From: Candidatus Colwellbacteria bacterium
GTDB taxonomy: Bacteria; Patescibacteriota; Minisyncoccia; UBA6257; Colwellbacteraceae
Assembly (NCBI GenBank): GCA_028710275.1
Contig: JAQTUL010000008.1
Span: forward strand, 1-58,500
Reading direction: 5' to 3'
DNA: 58,500 nucleotides
The notes beneath the pieces were generated by a model, which saw only the letters and a program-made list of their open reading frames with translations, was not told where the DNA came from and did not search any database. Shown in pieces: positions 18,253 to 27,583 of the stretch (its first letter is position 1; every line of letters starts with the position of its first letter). A program made the translations under genes and the position numbers.

Positions 18253-18648
18253 ATGAAAGGATATGTCGAGAATATAGAGAAGCTTACACTCGAGAATGAT
18301 AATTTTCGAAAGGTCCTCTACACCTCTAGTCATTGCCAGCTAGTCGTAATGAATCTTATCCCCGGAGATGATATAGGAGAAGAAGTGCACACGCTCGATC
18401 AGTTCCTTCGTATTGAGTCTGGAACGGGTAAGGCTGTGCTTAATGATATAGAACATTCATTGGAGGATGGTTCGGCCATAATCGTTCCGGCCGGAGTGAA
18501 GCACAATATCATAAATACTTCGGCCGATAAGCCAATGAAGCTTTATACTCTGTATGCTCCCCCTGAACATATGGATGGTGTTATCCGCTCGACTAAGGCT
18601 GAGGCTATGGCGAACGAGGAACACTTCGATGGGAAGACAACTGAATAG
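18253..18648 (+). CDS. Cupin domain protein
   Basis: 131 aa. GEEVHTLDQFLRIESG...VPAGVKHNIIN is a cupin two-motif pattern. Confidence 0.75.
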   Translation: MKGYVENIEKLTLENDNFRKVLYTSSHCQLVVMNLIPGDDIGEEVHTLDQFLRIESGTGKAVLNDIEHSLEDGSAIIVPAGVKHNIINTSADKPMKLYTLYAPPEHMDGVIRSTKAEAMANEEHFDGKTTE

Positions 18649-18700
18649 GATATAAATAACATTTTAAAAAAACCGCTCTAAAAAGCGGTTTTTTATTATA

Positions 18701-18840
18701 TGAGCGGGAGACGAGAATCTCCTTCGACTAAATCTCTCGCCGTCGCTCAAGATTTGTCTCTGGCTCGCCTCCCTCTATTTTTCTACTGAAAAATCTTCGG
18801 TCCGGCGTTCGACTCCCATCTAAACCCATCCGATATAATA
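18701..18840 (+). ncRNA. tRNA-3'-end-associated structured module, copy A (next to tRNA-Gly-TCC)
   Basis: Starts with a partial antisense tRNA-Gly 3' end, TGAGCGGGAGACGAGAATC. Has conserved CCGTCGCTC, hairpin ATTTTTC/GAAAAAT at 18777-18794 and GTTCGACTCCC at 18807-18817. Confidence 0.4.
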
Positions 18841-18876
18841 AAAGACCGCCCCTTCGGGACGGCCTTTTATTATATG

Positions 18877-18948
18877 AGCGGGAGACGGGAATCGAACCCG
18901 CGTATACTGCTTGGAAGGCAGTCGCACTAGCCACTGTGCTACTCCCGC
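18877..18948 (-). tRNA. tRNA-Gly(TCC)
   Basis: Reverse complement gives GCGGGAG..., anticodon stem ACTGC/GCAGT with loop CTTCCAA, T-arm GCGGG-TTCGATT-CCCGT, discriminator U. Confidence 0.88.
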
Positions 18949-19019
18949 ATCGGCACACCCATAGGGAGTATCGATACCTGGTTAAATCTAATAAACTGTT
19001 CGCTTATTGTAAAGAAACG

Positions 19020-19202
19020 TCATAACTGCGGAGGAGGACCGCTCGGTCCGTTTATATGGGGTACCGTCGTAGGATTATTGAATCTAGGACTCCCGCTTCC
19101 CTGTTCCGGCTTTAAGAAGAAAATATAGCTGAATATGCTCCCAATAATAAAGAAGATAACCGCGATAACAACGTATAATAATGCTCTCTTTTTTCTTTCC
19201 AC
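19020..19202 (-). CDS. Possible small single-TM protein (GTG start, leaderless?)
   Basis: VERKKRALLYVVIAVIFFIIGSIFSYIFF... The minus-strand extended -10 TGATATAAT (-10 hexamer at 19210-19215) ends 7 nt from the GTG. The ORF track extends to 19361. Confidence 0.25.
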   Translation of the reverse strand: MERKKRALLYVVIAVIFFIIGSIFSYIFFLKPEQGSGSPRFNNPTTVPHINGPSGPPPQL

Positions 19203-19273
19203 GAATATGATTATATCATGATGGCGCGCACTTGATGCCAGACGATAAAAATCGGACTGAAGGACCCTCCGTA

Positions 19274-19282
19274 TGGTATAAT
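19274..19282 (+). promoter_or_regulatory. Extended -10 promoter element TGGTATAAT
   Basis: Ends 8 nt before ATG 19291, which implies a leaderless or near-leaderless transcript for the small ORF plus sigma-factor operon. Confidence 0.35.
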
Positions 19283-19290
19283 TACACCTA

Positions 19291-19524
19291 ATGAAGCTCT
19301 GGAGTAAGATATTAATCGTCCTTTTAACCTCACTAGGGGCTGTTTTAGCTCTTATGTACATAAAGGAACCCGGAGAACCTAAAAATGTCGATGGATCAGC
19401 CTCTGTAGGCAGATCCTTTCCTCAGATAACGGAAAAGGCCACCCAAGACAAGCTGGAAGGGCCTGAACTTGACGGATTTTACGGTATCGAGGATGAAATA
19501 GACGCCCTTTCGGGCTCTATGTAA
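19291..19524 (+). CDS. Small membrane/secreted protein upstream of the ECF sigma factor
   Basis: 77 aa with an N-terminal hydrophobic helix, KILIVLLTSLGAVLALMYI. Confidence 0.45.
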   Translation: MKLWSKILIVLLTSLGAVLALMYIKEPGEPKNVDGSASVGRSFPQITEKATQDKLEGPELDGFYGIEDEIDALSGSM

Positions 19525-19550
19525 CCATAAAGCGCTTTTAAACGTTTCCT

Positions 19551-20099
19551 ATGTTAGAGGATGAGCGAAATTTAATAACTCAGGCTATAGGTGGGGAGAC
19601 CGAGGCTTTTGGCCGACTTTATGACCATTATTTGCCGATGATCTATCGCTTTATCCTTCTTAAAGTCGGTCAGCGTGAGGAAGCCGAAGATCTTACCCAC
19701 CAGGTTTTTTTGAAAGCCTGGCAAAACATAGGTTCTAAATATTCAGACGAAGGACTCCCTTTCTCTAGCTGGCTCTATCGGATCGCTAGAAATACGGTCA
19801 TAGACCACTATCGGCGATCTAGGCCAACAATTGAGATAGAAGAGAATGATACCCGCGAGGAGTTAATATCTCACCCTGACATTATAAGCAGGATGGATAT
19901 AGAAAAAGGGGCCAAAGAAGCTCTTGAAGCGATTAAGAAGCTAGGAGAAACAGACAGAAACATCATTATAATGCGCTTCGTCGAGGATTTGAGCGTAAAG
20001 GAAGTAGCTGAAGCGCTAGGAAAGACGGAAGGAGCAGTAAAAGTTGCCCAACATCGAGCCCTGGAGAAGATAAAAAAAATATTGGCATCAAATGGATAA
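19551..20099 (+). CDS. ECF-type RNA polymerase sigma-70 family factor
   Basis: Region 2 YDHYLPMIYRFILLKVGQREEAEDLTHQVFLKAW and region 4 MRFVEDLSVKEVAEALGKTEGAVKVAQHRAL. Confidence 0.88.
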   Translation: MLEDERNLITQAIGGETEAFGRLYDHYLPMIYRFILLKVGQREEAEDLTHQVFLKAWQNIGSKYSDEGLPFSSWLYRIARNTVIDHYRRSRPTIEIEENDTREELISHPDIISRMDIEKGAKEALEAIKKLGETDRNIIIMRFVEDLSVKEVAEALGKTEGAVKVAQHRALEKIKKILASNG

Positions 20100-20565
20100 C
20101 ATCGTCGAAGAAATAAAAAAGATTAAAGGCATCGTCCCCGATGCTGCTTTTTCTTCGCTTTCCCGATCTGTTATCCTATCTTCTCCCAGAATTGAAGCCA
20201 CAAAGAACACTCGTAGGCCGTTTATATTCGAATTCGGGCTGAGCTTTGGAGTTATGGCGGTCGCTGTCATGATAGCGGTTCTTGTCAGGGATACGGGCAC
20301 TCCCGGCACTATGATTACAGTAGCCAGCTTGAACGATATAGAAAACGAAGCTACGACAGCTAATAATGATATAGATATAACCCTCGGCGACATACGCTCG
20401 TTCGACGAGGCAAATGGCAGGATGGCAGTCGCTCTTAATGAAGTTTCAAGCAACTCTCCTGCTCATATAAATGCGTCTGTTCTAAGTGAAGAAATAAATA
20501 ATTTAAACATCGAAGCACAGCCAAGTACTAACGTGGATGTACTTCTTGATCAGGCGATATTTTAA
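20092..20565 (+). CDS. Putative anti-sigma/membrane protein
   Basis: Overlaps the sigma gene stop by 8 nt. Has a single central TM helix, GLSFGVMAVAVMIAVLV. The function is inferred from position. Confidence 0.5.
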   Translation: MDNIVEEIKKIKGIVPDAAFSSLSRSVILSSPRIEATKNTRRPFIFEFGLSFGVMAVAVMIAVLVRDTGTPGTMITVASLNDIENEATTANNDIDITLGDIRSFDEANGRMAVALNEVSSNSPAHINASVLSEEINNLNIEAQPSTNVDVLLDQAIF

Positions 20566-20572
20566 AAAACAC

Positions 20573-21394
20573 ATGAAAAAAAACACACTCCTCATAGTCT
20601 CGTTGATTATCGCCGGATCGATGATGTCGCTCCCTCAGGCATCGGCTTCAACCATAGATTCAGCTGTAAAAAACCTAAATACGAGCCTTAATCAATTTGT
20701 CTCAGCTAAAGATGATGCTTCAATCGATCACTTATCTCCCGAAGAAGATCTCGCCTTCAGAAAGAAGGTTGTCAGCGATGCCCTCACTCTCTCTCTTAAA
20801 GAGATAGAAGACATCAGGAATAAGATTGGCACTCTTAAGCTAGATGATAAGAGCCCTGAAGGTATAGTAAGCAAACAAATTCTAGGCGACCTTGGGGAAT
20901 TCGAGGCCCACTATCGCGATGTAAGATCCTCCCTCGACGAGGAGAATGATGTCGAAAAGATAAAAGATGTAGCAAGATCAACAAAAGAGTATAGGGACGA
21001 TGCCTATTCTCCCGTCATGTTAAAGGCTTTAAATCTTATCCTTACTTTCCAGACGGATAAACTCGTTAAAAGCGCGGATATAAGATACACCAAGATAGGA
21101 TCGGACATTTCTAAATTAGAAAAGGCTAATCTCATAAAGGACGGTGCCTTTGATAAACAAATGGGAGAAGCAGATAAGCTTATCTCTGGAGCGGGAAGCA
21201 TGGTTGAAGAATCTAAGGATATCGTCTTAGATCGCAATAAGGATAAGAACATCGATAATATCTACGACGCCCCTAAGGATGAAAAGATAGTTTCACCCAG
21301 AGAGCTATGCGAGGCCGCTCTCGTCAATCTGAAATCTAGTTACGGTATATTCATTGATATCAGTTCCGCAATCAAAAAGGCATTAAAGCTATAA
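20573..21394 (+). CDS. Secreted hypothetical protein
   Basis: Signal peptide MKKNTLLIVSLIIAGSMMSLPQASA at the internal ATG. The ORF track starts at 20537. Confidence 0.6.
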   Translation: MKKNTLLIVSLIIAGSMMSLPQASASTIDSAVKNLNTSLNQFVSAKDDASIDHLSPEEDLAFRKKVVSDALTLSLKEIEDIRNKIGTLKLDDKSPEGIVSKQILGDLGEFEAHYRDVRSSLDEENDVEKIKDVARSTKEYRDDAYSPVMLKALNLILTFQTDKLVKSADIRYTKIGSDISKLEKANLIKDGAFDKQMGEADKLISGAGSMVEESKDIVLDRNKDKNIDNIYDAPKDEKIVSPRELCEAALVNLKSSYGIFIDISSAIKKALKL

Positions 21395-21420
21395 GTCTTC
21401 TTTAAAGACAAATCAAAAAT

Positions 21421-21447
21421 ACCCCCGCAAATTTGCGGGGGTATTTT
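21421..21447. terminator. Bidirectional intrinsic terminator
   Basis: AAAAATACCCCCGCAAATTTGCGGGGGTATTTTT lies between convergent genes. Confidence 0.6.
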
Positions 21448-21469
21448 TAAACTCAAAGCATCTATTGTC

Positions 21470-21745
21470 CTAAAGGACAGCCTCTTTAAGAAGCTTTCCG
21501 GCTCTGAATTTAGGCTTAACCGAAGCCGGAATATTTATCTTCTCCTGTGTCTTAGGGTTGATGCCGACTCTCGCGGCTCTCTTCGCAACCCTAAAGGTCC
21601 CGAAGCCGGTTATAGCAACGTCCTCGCCACGGCTCATCGCCTTGACGATAGCGTCGAAAAGACCCTCAACGGCCTTTTCAGCCTGCTTCTTCGTATCCAT
21701 TTCTGCCGCCGTCATTACGGCTTCAACAAGATCTTGTTTCTTCAT
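21470..21745 (-). CDS. hup: DNA-binding protein HU
   Basis: 91 aa. GFGTFRVAKRAARVGINPKTQEKINIPASVKPKFRAGK is the HU/IHF signature. Confidence 0.92.
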   Translation of the reverse strand: MKKQDLVEAVMTAAEMDTKKQAEKAVEGLFDAIVKAMSRGEDVAITGFGTFRVAKRAARVGINPKTQEKINIPASVKPKFRAGKLLKEAVL

Positions 21746-22046
21746 TTATGGTGCTTTTTCTTTACGCTCGACCTTTGAGCTTACGAAAATCATAGCAAAT
21801 TCAGGGTTTTGCAACAACCTTTCAGCCAATCACTCCTAGACCAGGGTATTTAACCGATAGCCAGGATAGGCATAAAGGATATTTAATTACTATTTGTCTT
21901 TCTCTCTATTAGGAAAATATCTTCACATCAGATACGCACCAGAGCAAAAGAAGGCCTGTAGGCCTTCTTTTGCTAACTTCACCCTCCTTTTGTCGGGCAA
22001 TCTTTTCCTTTACGAGAACAAAGTCACTAACCCTGAAAAAGACGGG

Positions 22047-23567
22047 CTATCTGGCATACTCCACCGCCCGAACCTCCCTTATTACCGTCACTTTTATATC
22101 TCCTGGATATTTCATCTCAGCTTCAATCTTTCCTGCTATATCTTTGGCTAACTGGAGAGCGCCGAAATCATCTATCTTTTCCGGGACAACGAAGATTCTT
22201 AATTCTCTGCCAGCAGAAACGGCATATGACATCTTTACGCCTGAAAAAGCTGAAGCAACTTTCTCGAGGTCCTGAAGCCTCTTCACATATTGCTCCATAG
22301 TTCCCCTTCTGGCTCCCGGTCTGGCAGCCGATATAATATCAGCTGTAGCCACGACAAAGGCTTCTGGAGAAGCAAATGGATAATCCTCATGATGGGATTG
22401 CATGGCCTGGATAACCTTGTCATCCACTCCATACTTTTTCAATATCTTCATTCCCAATTCAACGTGATTGCCAGAAACCTCGTGGTCTATGGCCTTCCCT
22501 ATGTCATGCAGGAGAGCTCCCTTCTTAGCCACTTCGACGTTTATCCCTAATTCCTCGGCAATCATACCGGCAATGTGGGAAACCTCTATCGAATGAGTGA
22601 GCACACTCTGGCCATAGCTTGTTCGAAAATACAACCTTCCGAGAAGATGGACTATCTCTCTTGGCAGATTAAGTACCCCCACCTCATATACAGCCTCCTC
22701 TCCTATCTGCTGAGTACGCTTATCTATCTCCTCCTGTGACTCTATAACTTTCTCCTCTATCTTGGCCGGTTGTATTCTGCCGTCCTTAATGAGCTTCTCA
22801 AGGGTTAACCGCGCTACCTCCCGACGCACCGGATCGAAGGATGAAATCAATATTGTATCTGGGGTTTCATCGATGATGAACTCGGCACCGGTTAACCTTT
22901 CAAGAGTTCTGATATTTCTGCCTTCCCTGCCGATTATCTTACCCTTAAGGTCCTCAGAAGGAAGAGTTAGAGAAGTCGTGGTTATATCGGATATATGGGA
23001 TCTCGAATATCTCTGTATTGCGGTCGTTATTATTTCAAGGCTCTTTTTCTCGACTTCATCTCTCTTTTCCCTCTCAAGCTTCTGCATAAGGTCGACTATC
23101 TCGATCTTATTCTGGTCCTTAACTTCATCGATAAGCCTTTGCTTAGCCTCAGCGGGGGTCAGCTTCCCTATTCTAGCGAGCTCATCTGAGACGGAGGCCT
23201 TCAAGGCCTGCGTCTCGGCCTTTTCCTTTTCGTTTCTTTCGACGGCATTTTTTAGGTCTTCTGACCGACTTCTTATATCGGTCATTTCCCTCTCAAGAAG
23301 CTCCTCTTTTTTAAGCAGTCTGTCCTCCGTCCTTTCGATTGTCCCCTTCCTCTCCTTCTCCTCCTTACGGACGTCCTCTAAGACGGCTCCCGCCTTATCA
23401 TCCGCCTTCTTTAATATTTCCCTTGCTTGGGCCTCGGACTCATCAAGCCTTTGCTTTATTTTTTGCTCGATAGAGTTCGCTGACCTTATTCCCGCCTGCT
23501 GTCTCATCCAATAGCCAACGACAGCGCCCGCAAGTAGGCCTGCCGCCAGTGCAATTCCGTAGAACAT
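22047..23567 (-). CDS. rny: Ribonuclease Y
   Basis: N-terminal TM helix, charged coiled coil, KH domain GKIIGREGRNIRTLE, HD domain LLHDIGKA. Confidence 0.92.
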   Translation of the reverse strand: MFYGIALAAGLLAGAVVGYWMRQQAGIRSANSIEQKIKQRLDESEAQAREILKKADDKAGAVLEDVRKEEKERKGTIERTEDRLLKKEELLEREMTDIRSRSEDLKNAVERNEKEKAETQALKASVSDELARIGKLTPAEAKQRLIDEVKDQNKIEIVDLMQKLEREKRDEVEKKSLEIITTAIQRYSRSHISDITTTSLTLPSEDLKGKIIGREGRNIRTLERLTGAEFIIDETPDTILISSFDPVRREVARLTLEKLIKDGRIQPAKIEEKVIESQEEIDKRTQQIGEEAVYEVGVLNLPREIVHLLGRLYFRTSYGQSVLTHSIEVSHIAGMIAEELGINVEVAKKGALLHDIGKAIDHEVSGNHVELGMKILKKYGVDDKVIQAMQSHHEDYPFASPEAFVVATADIISAARPGARRGTMEQYVKRLQDLEKVASAFSGVKMSYAVSAGRELRIFVVPEKIDDFGALQLAKDIAGKIEAEMKYPGDIKVTVIREVRAVEYAR

Positions 23568-23628
23568 AAGATAGAATTTGGGTGTTGGTTATCATGACCT
23601 TCACTGCTTTAATAGTAATATACGGACT

Positions 23629-25149
23629 ATGGCGAACACAAATAGGAAAAAGGTTGTTCTTGTTATTCTCGATGGGTGGGGCATAGGTCCCCATGATAGT
23701 TCAAACCCCATTTATACTGCTGAACTCCCAAATATCGCCTATATCAAAAAGAATTTTCCGACAACATCCCTTCAGGCTTCCGGTATTGCCGTAGGCCTCC
23801 CTTGGGCCGAAGAAGGTAATAGCGAGATAGGACACCTTACGATAGGGGCCGGACGCACAGTCTATCAGAGTGCCGCAAGGATAAGCTTAGCCATCGAAGA
23901 CGGGTCCTTTTTTAAAAACCCTGTCCTTGTTTGGGCTATCGATGAAGCTAAGAAAGCGGGAAAAGCCGTCAATATTGCGGGACTCCTCGGAACCGGCATC
24001 ACCCACTCGTCTTTTAAACACCTTATTGCCCTTACTAAAATGGTCGGGGAAGCCGGAATCCCCTATAAGCTTCATCTCTTCACCGACGGCCGAGATAGCT
24101 CGGTAAAAGCCTGTCTAGACCTTGTTCGCAAACTTCCAGAGAATAGGATAGGCAGTATCGGGGGCCGCTTTTCAGGGATGGACCGTGATGGTCATATAGA
24201 TCGTACAGAAAGAGCTTTTAATTGTATGACTGGACGCTCTCGGTCAGAGAGCGTTAGTCCTTCCGAATATATATCATCAAGCTATGCCTCCGGAGTTACC
24301 GATGAGTTCATTCGGCCAGCTGCCTTTGGTGACGGGTCCCTTGCTGTATCCCCTGGAGATTCCCTTATATTCTTCAATTTCAGAGGTGACAGAGTAAGAC
24401 AGATATCAAGAATGTTCTCGGAAAGGATGCCGGATGTCCGAACTGTGGGCTTCACAAGATATGACGAAAGATCAGATCTTCCCTACGCTTTTTCCTTCGA
24501 AGAAATAAAAAAACCTCTTCCTGCGGTAATAGCCGATGCCGGTCTTTCTCAGCTTCATATCGCTGAAAGCGAGAAGCAGGCCCATGTGACCTACTTTTTT
24601 AATGCAGAGAGTGAGGAAACATTTCCGAGGGAGTTTAGGGTAATCATCCCATCAAGAAACACCGCTAGTCATGATAAATTTCCGGAAATGATGGCTCCGG
24701 AGATAACAACGCGTATAGTGACAGCCGTCGAAGAGGGGCTATATGATTTTATCATCGCCAATTATGCGAACGCTGATATAGTGGCTCATACTGGAAATTT
24801 CGATGCCACGATAGAAGCTGTCCGCTGTCTTGATACACAGATAGGAATGATTGCTGAAGCGACTGTCCGGACAGGAGCAGCCCTTATAATAACCGCCGAT
24901 CACGGAAACGCCGAAAAACTTATTGACACAAGGACTGGCGAGAAGGATACTCGTCATAATCCCAACCCCGTCCCGTTCTTCCTTATAGATAGGGATATGC
25001 AACGACTAAGGACTGATGCGGAAATAGCTGAATCCGAAGTTCTTAACTCTGGAACCCTTTGCGATATAGCTCCTACCGTTCTAGAATTGATGGGAATAGA
25101 GAAACCAGTCGAAATGACCGGCCAAAGCCTTATACCATTTCTTAAATGA
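23629..25149 (+). CDS. gpmI: 2,3-bisphosphoglycerate-independent phosphoglycerate mutase
   Basis: VVLVILDGWG, ADHGNAE and NPVPFFL. ATG 23629 gives the canonical N-terminus. The ORF track starts at 23578. Confidence 0.9.
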   Translation: MANTNRKKVVLVILDGWGIGPHDSSNPIYTAELPNIAYIKKNFPTTSLQASGIAVGLPWAEEGNSEIGHLTIGAGRTVYQSAARISLAIEDGSFFKNPVLVWAIDEAKKAGKAVNIAGLLGTGITHSSFKHLIALTKMVGEAGIPYKLHLFTDGRDSSVKACLDLVRKLPENRIGSIGGRFSGMDRDGHIDRTERAFNCMTGRSRSESVSPSEYISSSYASGVTDEFIRPAAFGDGSLAVSPGDSLIFFNFRGDRVRQISRMFSERMPDVRTVGFTRYDERSDLPYAFSFEEIKKPLPAVIADAGLSQLHIAESEKQAHVTYFFNAESEETFPREFRVIIPSRNTASHDKFPEMMAPEITTRIVTAVEEGLYDFIIANYANADIVAHTGNFDATIEAVRCLDTQIGMIAEATVRTGAALIITADHGNAEKLIDTRTGEKDTRHNPNPVPFFLIDRDMQRLRTDAEIAESEVLNSGTLCDIAPTVLELMGIEKPVEMTGQSLIPFLK

Positions 25150-25505
25150 CCCTCATCTGGCGCCTTTCCATCCTTTTCTTAATAAATGGACTCTCCCTAT
25201 ATATAGCCGGTAAATCGGTCCCAGGCTTTATTGTCCCCCTAACGATAGCGGAACTTGCTGCTCCAGCCCTTCTTTTTACCCTCTTAAACTCCGTTATTAA
25301 GCCTATTTTAAGGCTCGTTCTAGCCCCCGTTATCTGGATAACCCTCGGTTTGGCAGGGCTTTTATTGAACGCTCTTATGCTCTTTATCCTTGATAAACTC
25401 TCCGAAAAGGTTATTATTAGCGGAGCGGTTCCCCTAATCGTGGGAACCCTCATCATCACTATAGTTAACGCCATATGTCAGCGCTTACTGTTGCACAAAT
25501 CGTAA
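25146..25505 (+). CDS. Four-TM membrane protein (YvlD / holin superfamily IV-like)
   Basis: LLNSVIKPILRLVLAPVIWITLGLAGLLLNALMLFILDKL matches that family's pattern. Confidence 0.65.
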   Translation: MTLIWRLSILFLINGLSLYIAGKSVPGFIVPLTIAELAAPALLFTLLNSVIKPILRLVLAPVIWITLGLAGLLLNALMLFILDKLSEKVIISGAVPLIVGTLIITIVNAICQRLLLHKS

Positions 25506-25693
25506 TATCGGTCGTTGTCATCGTCCTTATACTCCTACAGGACCGGTCTTCCGGCGGTGGTAGTCTTTTTGGCGGTGGTAATAGCGGCTCTTTCTATCAA
25601 AAGAGAAGAGGTATGGAGAAAATAATCTTCGTCTTGACGATTATCTCCGTTCTTCTTTTCGTAACAGTTTCGATCCTTAAGCTTGTTCTATAA
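25475..25693 (+). CDS. secG: Preprotein translocase subunit SecG
   Basis: 72 aa with two TM helices and the glycine-rich loop LLQDRSSGGGSLFGGG. Confidence 0.8.
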   Translation: MSALTVAQIVISVVVIVLILLQDRSSGGGSLFGGGNSGSFYQKRRGMEKIIFVLTIISVLLFVTVSILKLVL

Positions 25694-27230
25694 ACTCTTC
25701 CAATTAATAAGGTCTCTCGAGAAGAGAGAACTCATGGTCCTCTGGATAAGCGCTGCCGTTCTTGTCGTTACGGGAACGCTGTTTGTTGTTTTCACGATGA
25801 CCGAAAGGACCGAAGATGTCCCTGTCACCGGCGGAACCTGGAGAGAGGGATCTATAGGACAACCTGTATTCATTAACCCCGTCATCTCAGGCAATGACGC
25901 CGATCAGGATATTTCAAGACTTGTGTTCGCAAGCCTTGCTGATATGTCGGACGATATACGCTCCGACGAGACCGGAAGAGAATGGACAGTCAGGCTTAAA
26001 GAGGGCATCAGGTGGCATGATGGTGAAAAGATCACTTCAGACGACGTAATATTCACATTTGATACGATAGTTAACCCAGAATCCCGGTCCCCTATCGCTG
26101 GCAACTTCGATGGAGCGAGTGTAAGCAGGGTCAGTGAGCTTGAATTCAAGTTCAGTCTTCCGTCTTCTTACGTCTTCTTTGGAAACACCCTTCGCAATAT
26201 GCGTATTATACCGAAGCACATCTTCGGTAATATACCCCCAGCAAATTTCAGCCTATCTTCATTTATCCGGGAACCAATTGGTTCTGGTCCTTATAAATTT
26301 GCCTCATACGAGAAAGAAAAGAATGGCTTTGTCAGTGAATACCGTTTGACAGTTAATAAGGATTATTTTGGAGATAAACCGTTTATAAAGGAAATCATCT
26401 TTAAATACTATTCCGACAAGAACAGCCTAGCTGAAGCTTACATGAACGGCGAGATAGACGGGTTTCTAGCTTCCGACCCTGGTCTAGTTTCTGGTATTAC
26501 CATAAGAAGAGAAATAAAAACCCTTCACGCCACCAGGTATTATGCAGCCTTTTTGAATCCAAGCATCGTCTCCGCTTTTAAGGACGCCTCTGTGAGAAGG
26601 TCTCTCTCCAACGACGTTTCGAGAGATAGGATAGTAAATGAGGTTTTCGGCGGCTTCGCCGTTCCCCTCCTTGGCCCCGTATCCGGTAGCGGTGTTTCCG
26701 GTCCAAGCGCAAGACTTGATGGACTTTCTTTCACGATTACCGTTCCTGACCTTGAGCCTCTGGTAAAGACTGCCGATATTCTTAAGTCCGACTGGGAATC
26801 CCAGGGAGCAATGATAACAGTTAAAGCTCTCCGTCCTGCCGATATTCAACAGGTAATCAAGGACAGAAGTTATGAGGTGCTCATTTTTGGAAACATCCTC
26901 AATGAGCCTCAGGACCTCTACTCATTCTGGCATTCATCAAAGAGATTCTATCCTGGTTTAAACTTATCAATGTGGAACGACCGCACTGGAGACTCCCTCA
27001 TGGAAGAGATAAGGACCGAAGTATACCCGGCTGTTCGGGCTGAGTTAGCCTCTAAATTAACTTCTCTTATAGCTGACTCAACAAGCGCCGTTTTCCTCGC
27101 CTCTCCGGACTATATCTACATCGTTTCTCCTAGATTGAAAGGCTTTGAAACTACCGAAGTTATAACCCCAGTAGATCGTCTAGCCGACATTTCAAAGTGG
27201 TATCTCGTCACCGAAAGGAAAGTAAAATAA
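25683..27230 (+). CDS. ABC transporter substrate-binding protein, family 5 (peptide/nickel type)
   Basis: N-terminal anchor helix. The arrangement WHDGEKITSDDVIFTF...GSGPYKF is typical of SBP_bac_5. Apparent TTG start. Confidence 0.8.
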   Translation: MFYKLFQLIRSLEKRELMVLWISAAVLVVTGTLFVVFTMTERTEDVPVTGGTWREGSIGQPVFINPVISGNDADQDISRLVFASLADMSDDIRSDETGREWTVRLKEGIRWHDGEKITSDDVIFTFDTIVNPESRSPIAGNFDGASVSRVSELEFKFSLPSSYVFFGNTLRNMRIIPKHIFGNIPPANFSLSSFIREPIGSGPYKFASYEKEKNGFVSEYRLTVNKDYFGDKPFIKEIIFKYYSDKNSLAEAYMNGEIDGFLASDPGLVSGITIRREIKTLHATRYYAAFLNPSIVSAFKDASVRRSLSNDVSRDRIVNEVFGGFAVPLLGPVSGSGVSGPSARLDGLSFTITVPDLEPLVKTADILKSDWESQGAMITVKALRPADIQQVIKDRSYEVLIFGNILNEPQDLYSFWHSSKRFYPGLNLSMWNDRTGDSLMEEIRTEVYPAVRAELASKLTSLIADSTSAVFLASPDYIYIVSPRLKGFETTEVITPVDRLADISKWYLVTERKVK

Positions 27231-27325
27231 TAGAAAAGCTCAGCCAGAGCTTATTTACACATCGATTTAAAACGTTTAAAATCCAAGATGATGTGAGGAT
27301 CAATAAGATCTTCACCTATCGCTTG

Positions 27326-27407
27326 GCCGAGATGGCGAAATTGGTATACGCACTAGCTTCAGGTGCTAGCGCCGCAAGGCTTGGGAGTTCGAGTCTCCCT
27401 CTCGGCA
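27326..27407 (+). tRNA. tRNA-Leu(CAG)
   Basis: Acceptor GCCGAGA/TCTCGGC, anticodon stem CTAGC/GCTAG with loop TTCAGGT, long variable arm, T-arm GGGAG-TTCGAGT-CTCCC. Confidence 0.88.
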
Positions 27408-27583
27408 CAAATACGTTTAGAACGTCATTTCCTGCACGAGCTCAGGAACACATCCCGAGTGACAGGTTCCGATATTTCATTCCGCTAGATCTGTAACAGG
27501 AGTCTCCTGCGATTAGATGTAAAGGAATCAATCGGCCATTATCTGACGTATTAAAAATAAAAACAAATAAATAAAAAAATAAA

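Noticed and set aside
18716-18790. Possible degenerate or pseudo tRNA on the minus strand next to tRNA-Gly(TCC)
   Set aside because: Only the acceptor 3' strand matches. There is no T-loop (GAGATTCTC replaces GTTCGATTC), no D-arm and no anticodon arm. It is better explained as the displaced partial tRNA end plus module A.
22762-23514. 250-aa plus-strand ORF
   Set aside because: It lies antisense to rny. The product is a low-complexity Ser/Leu/Phe-rich translation typical of a shadow ORF opposite a Lys/Glu-rich gene.
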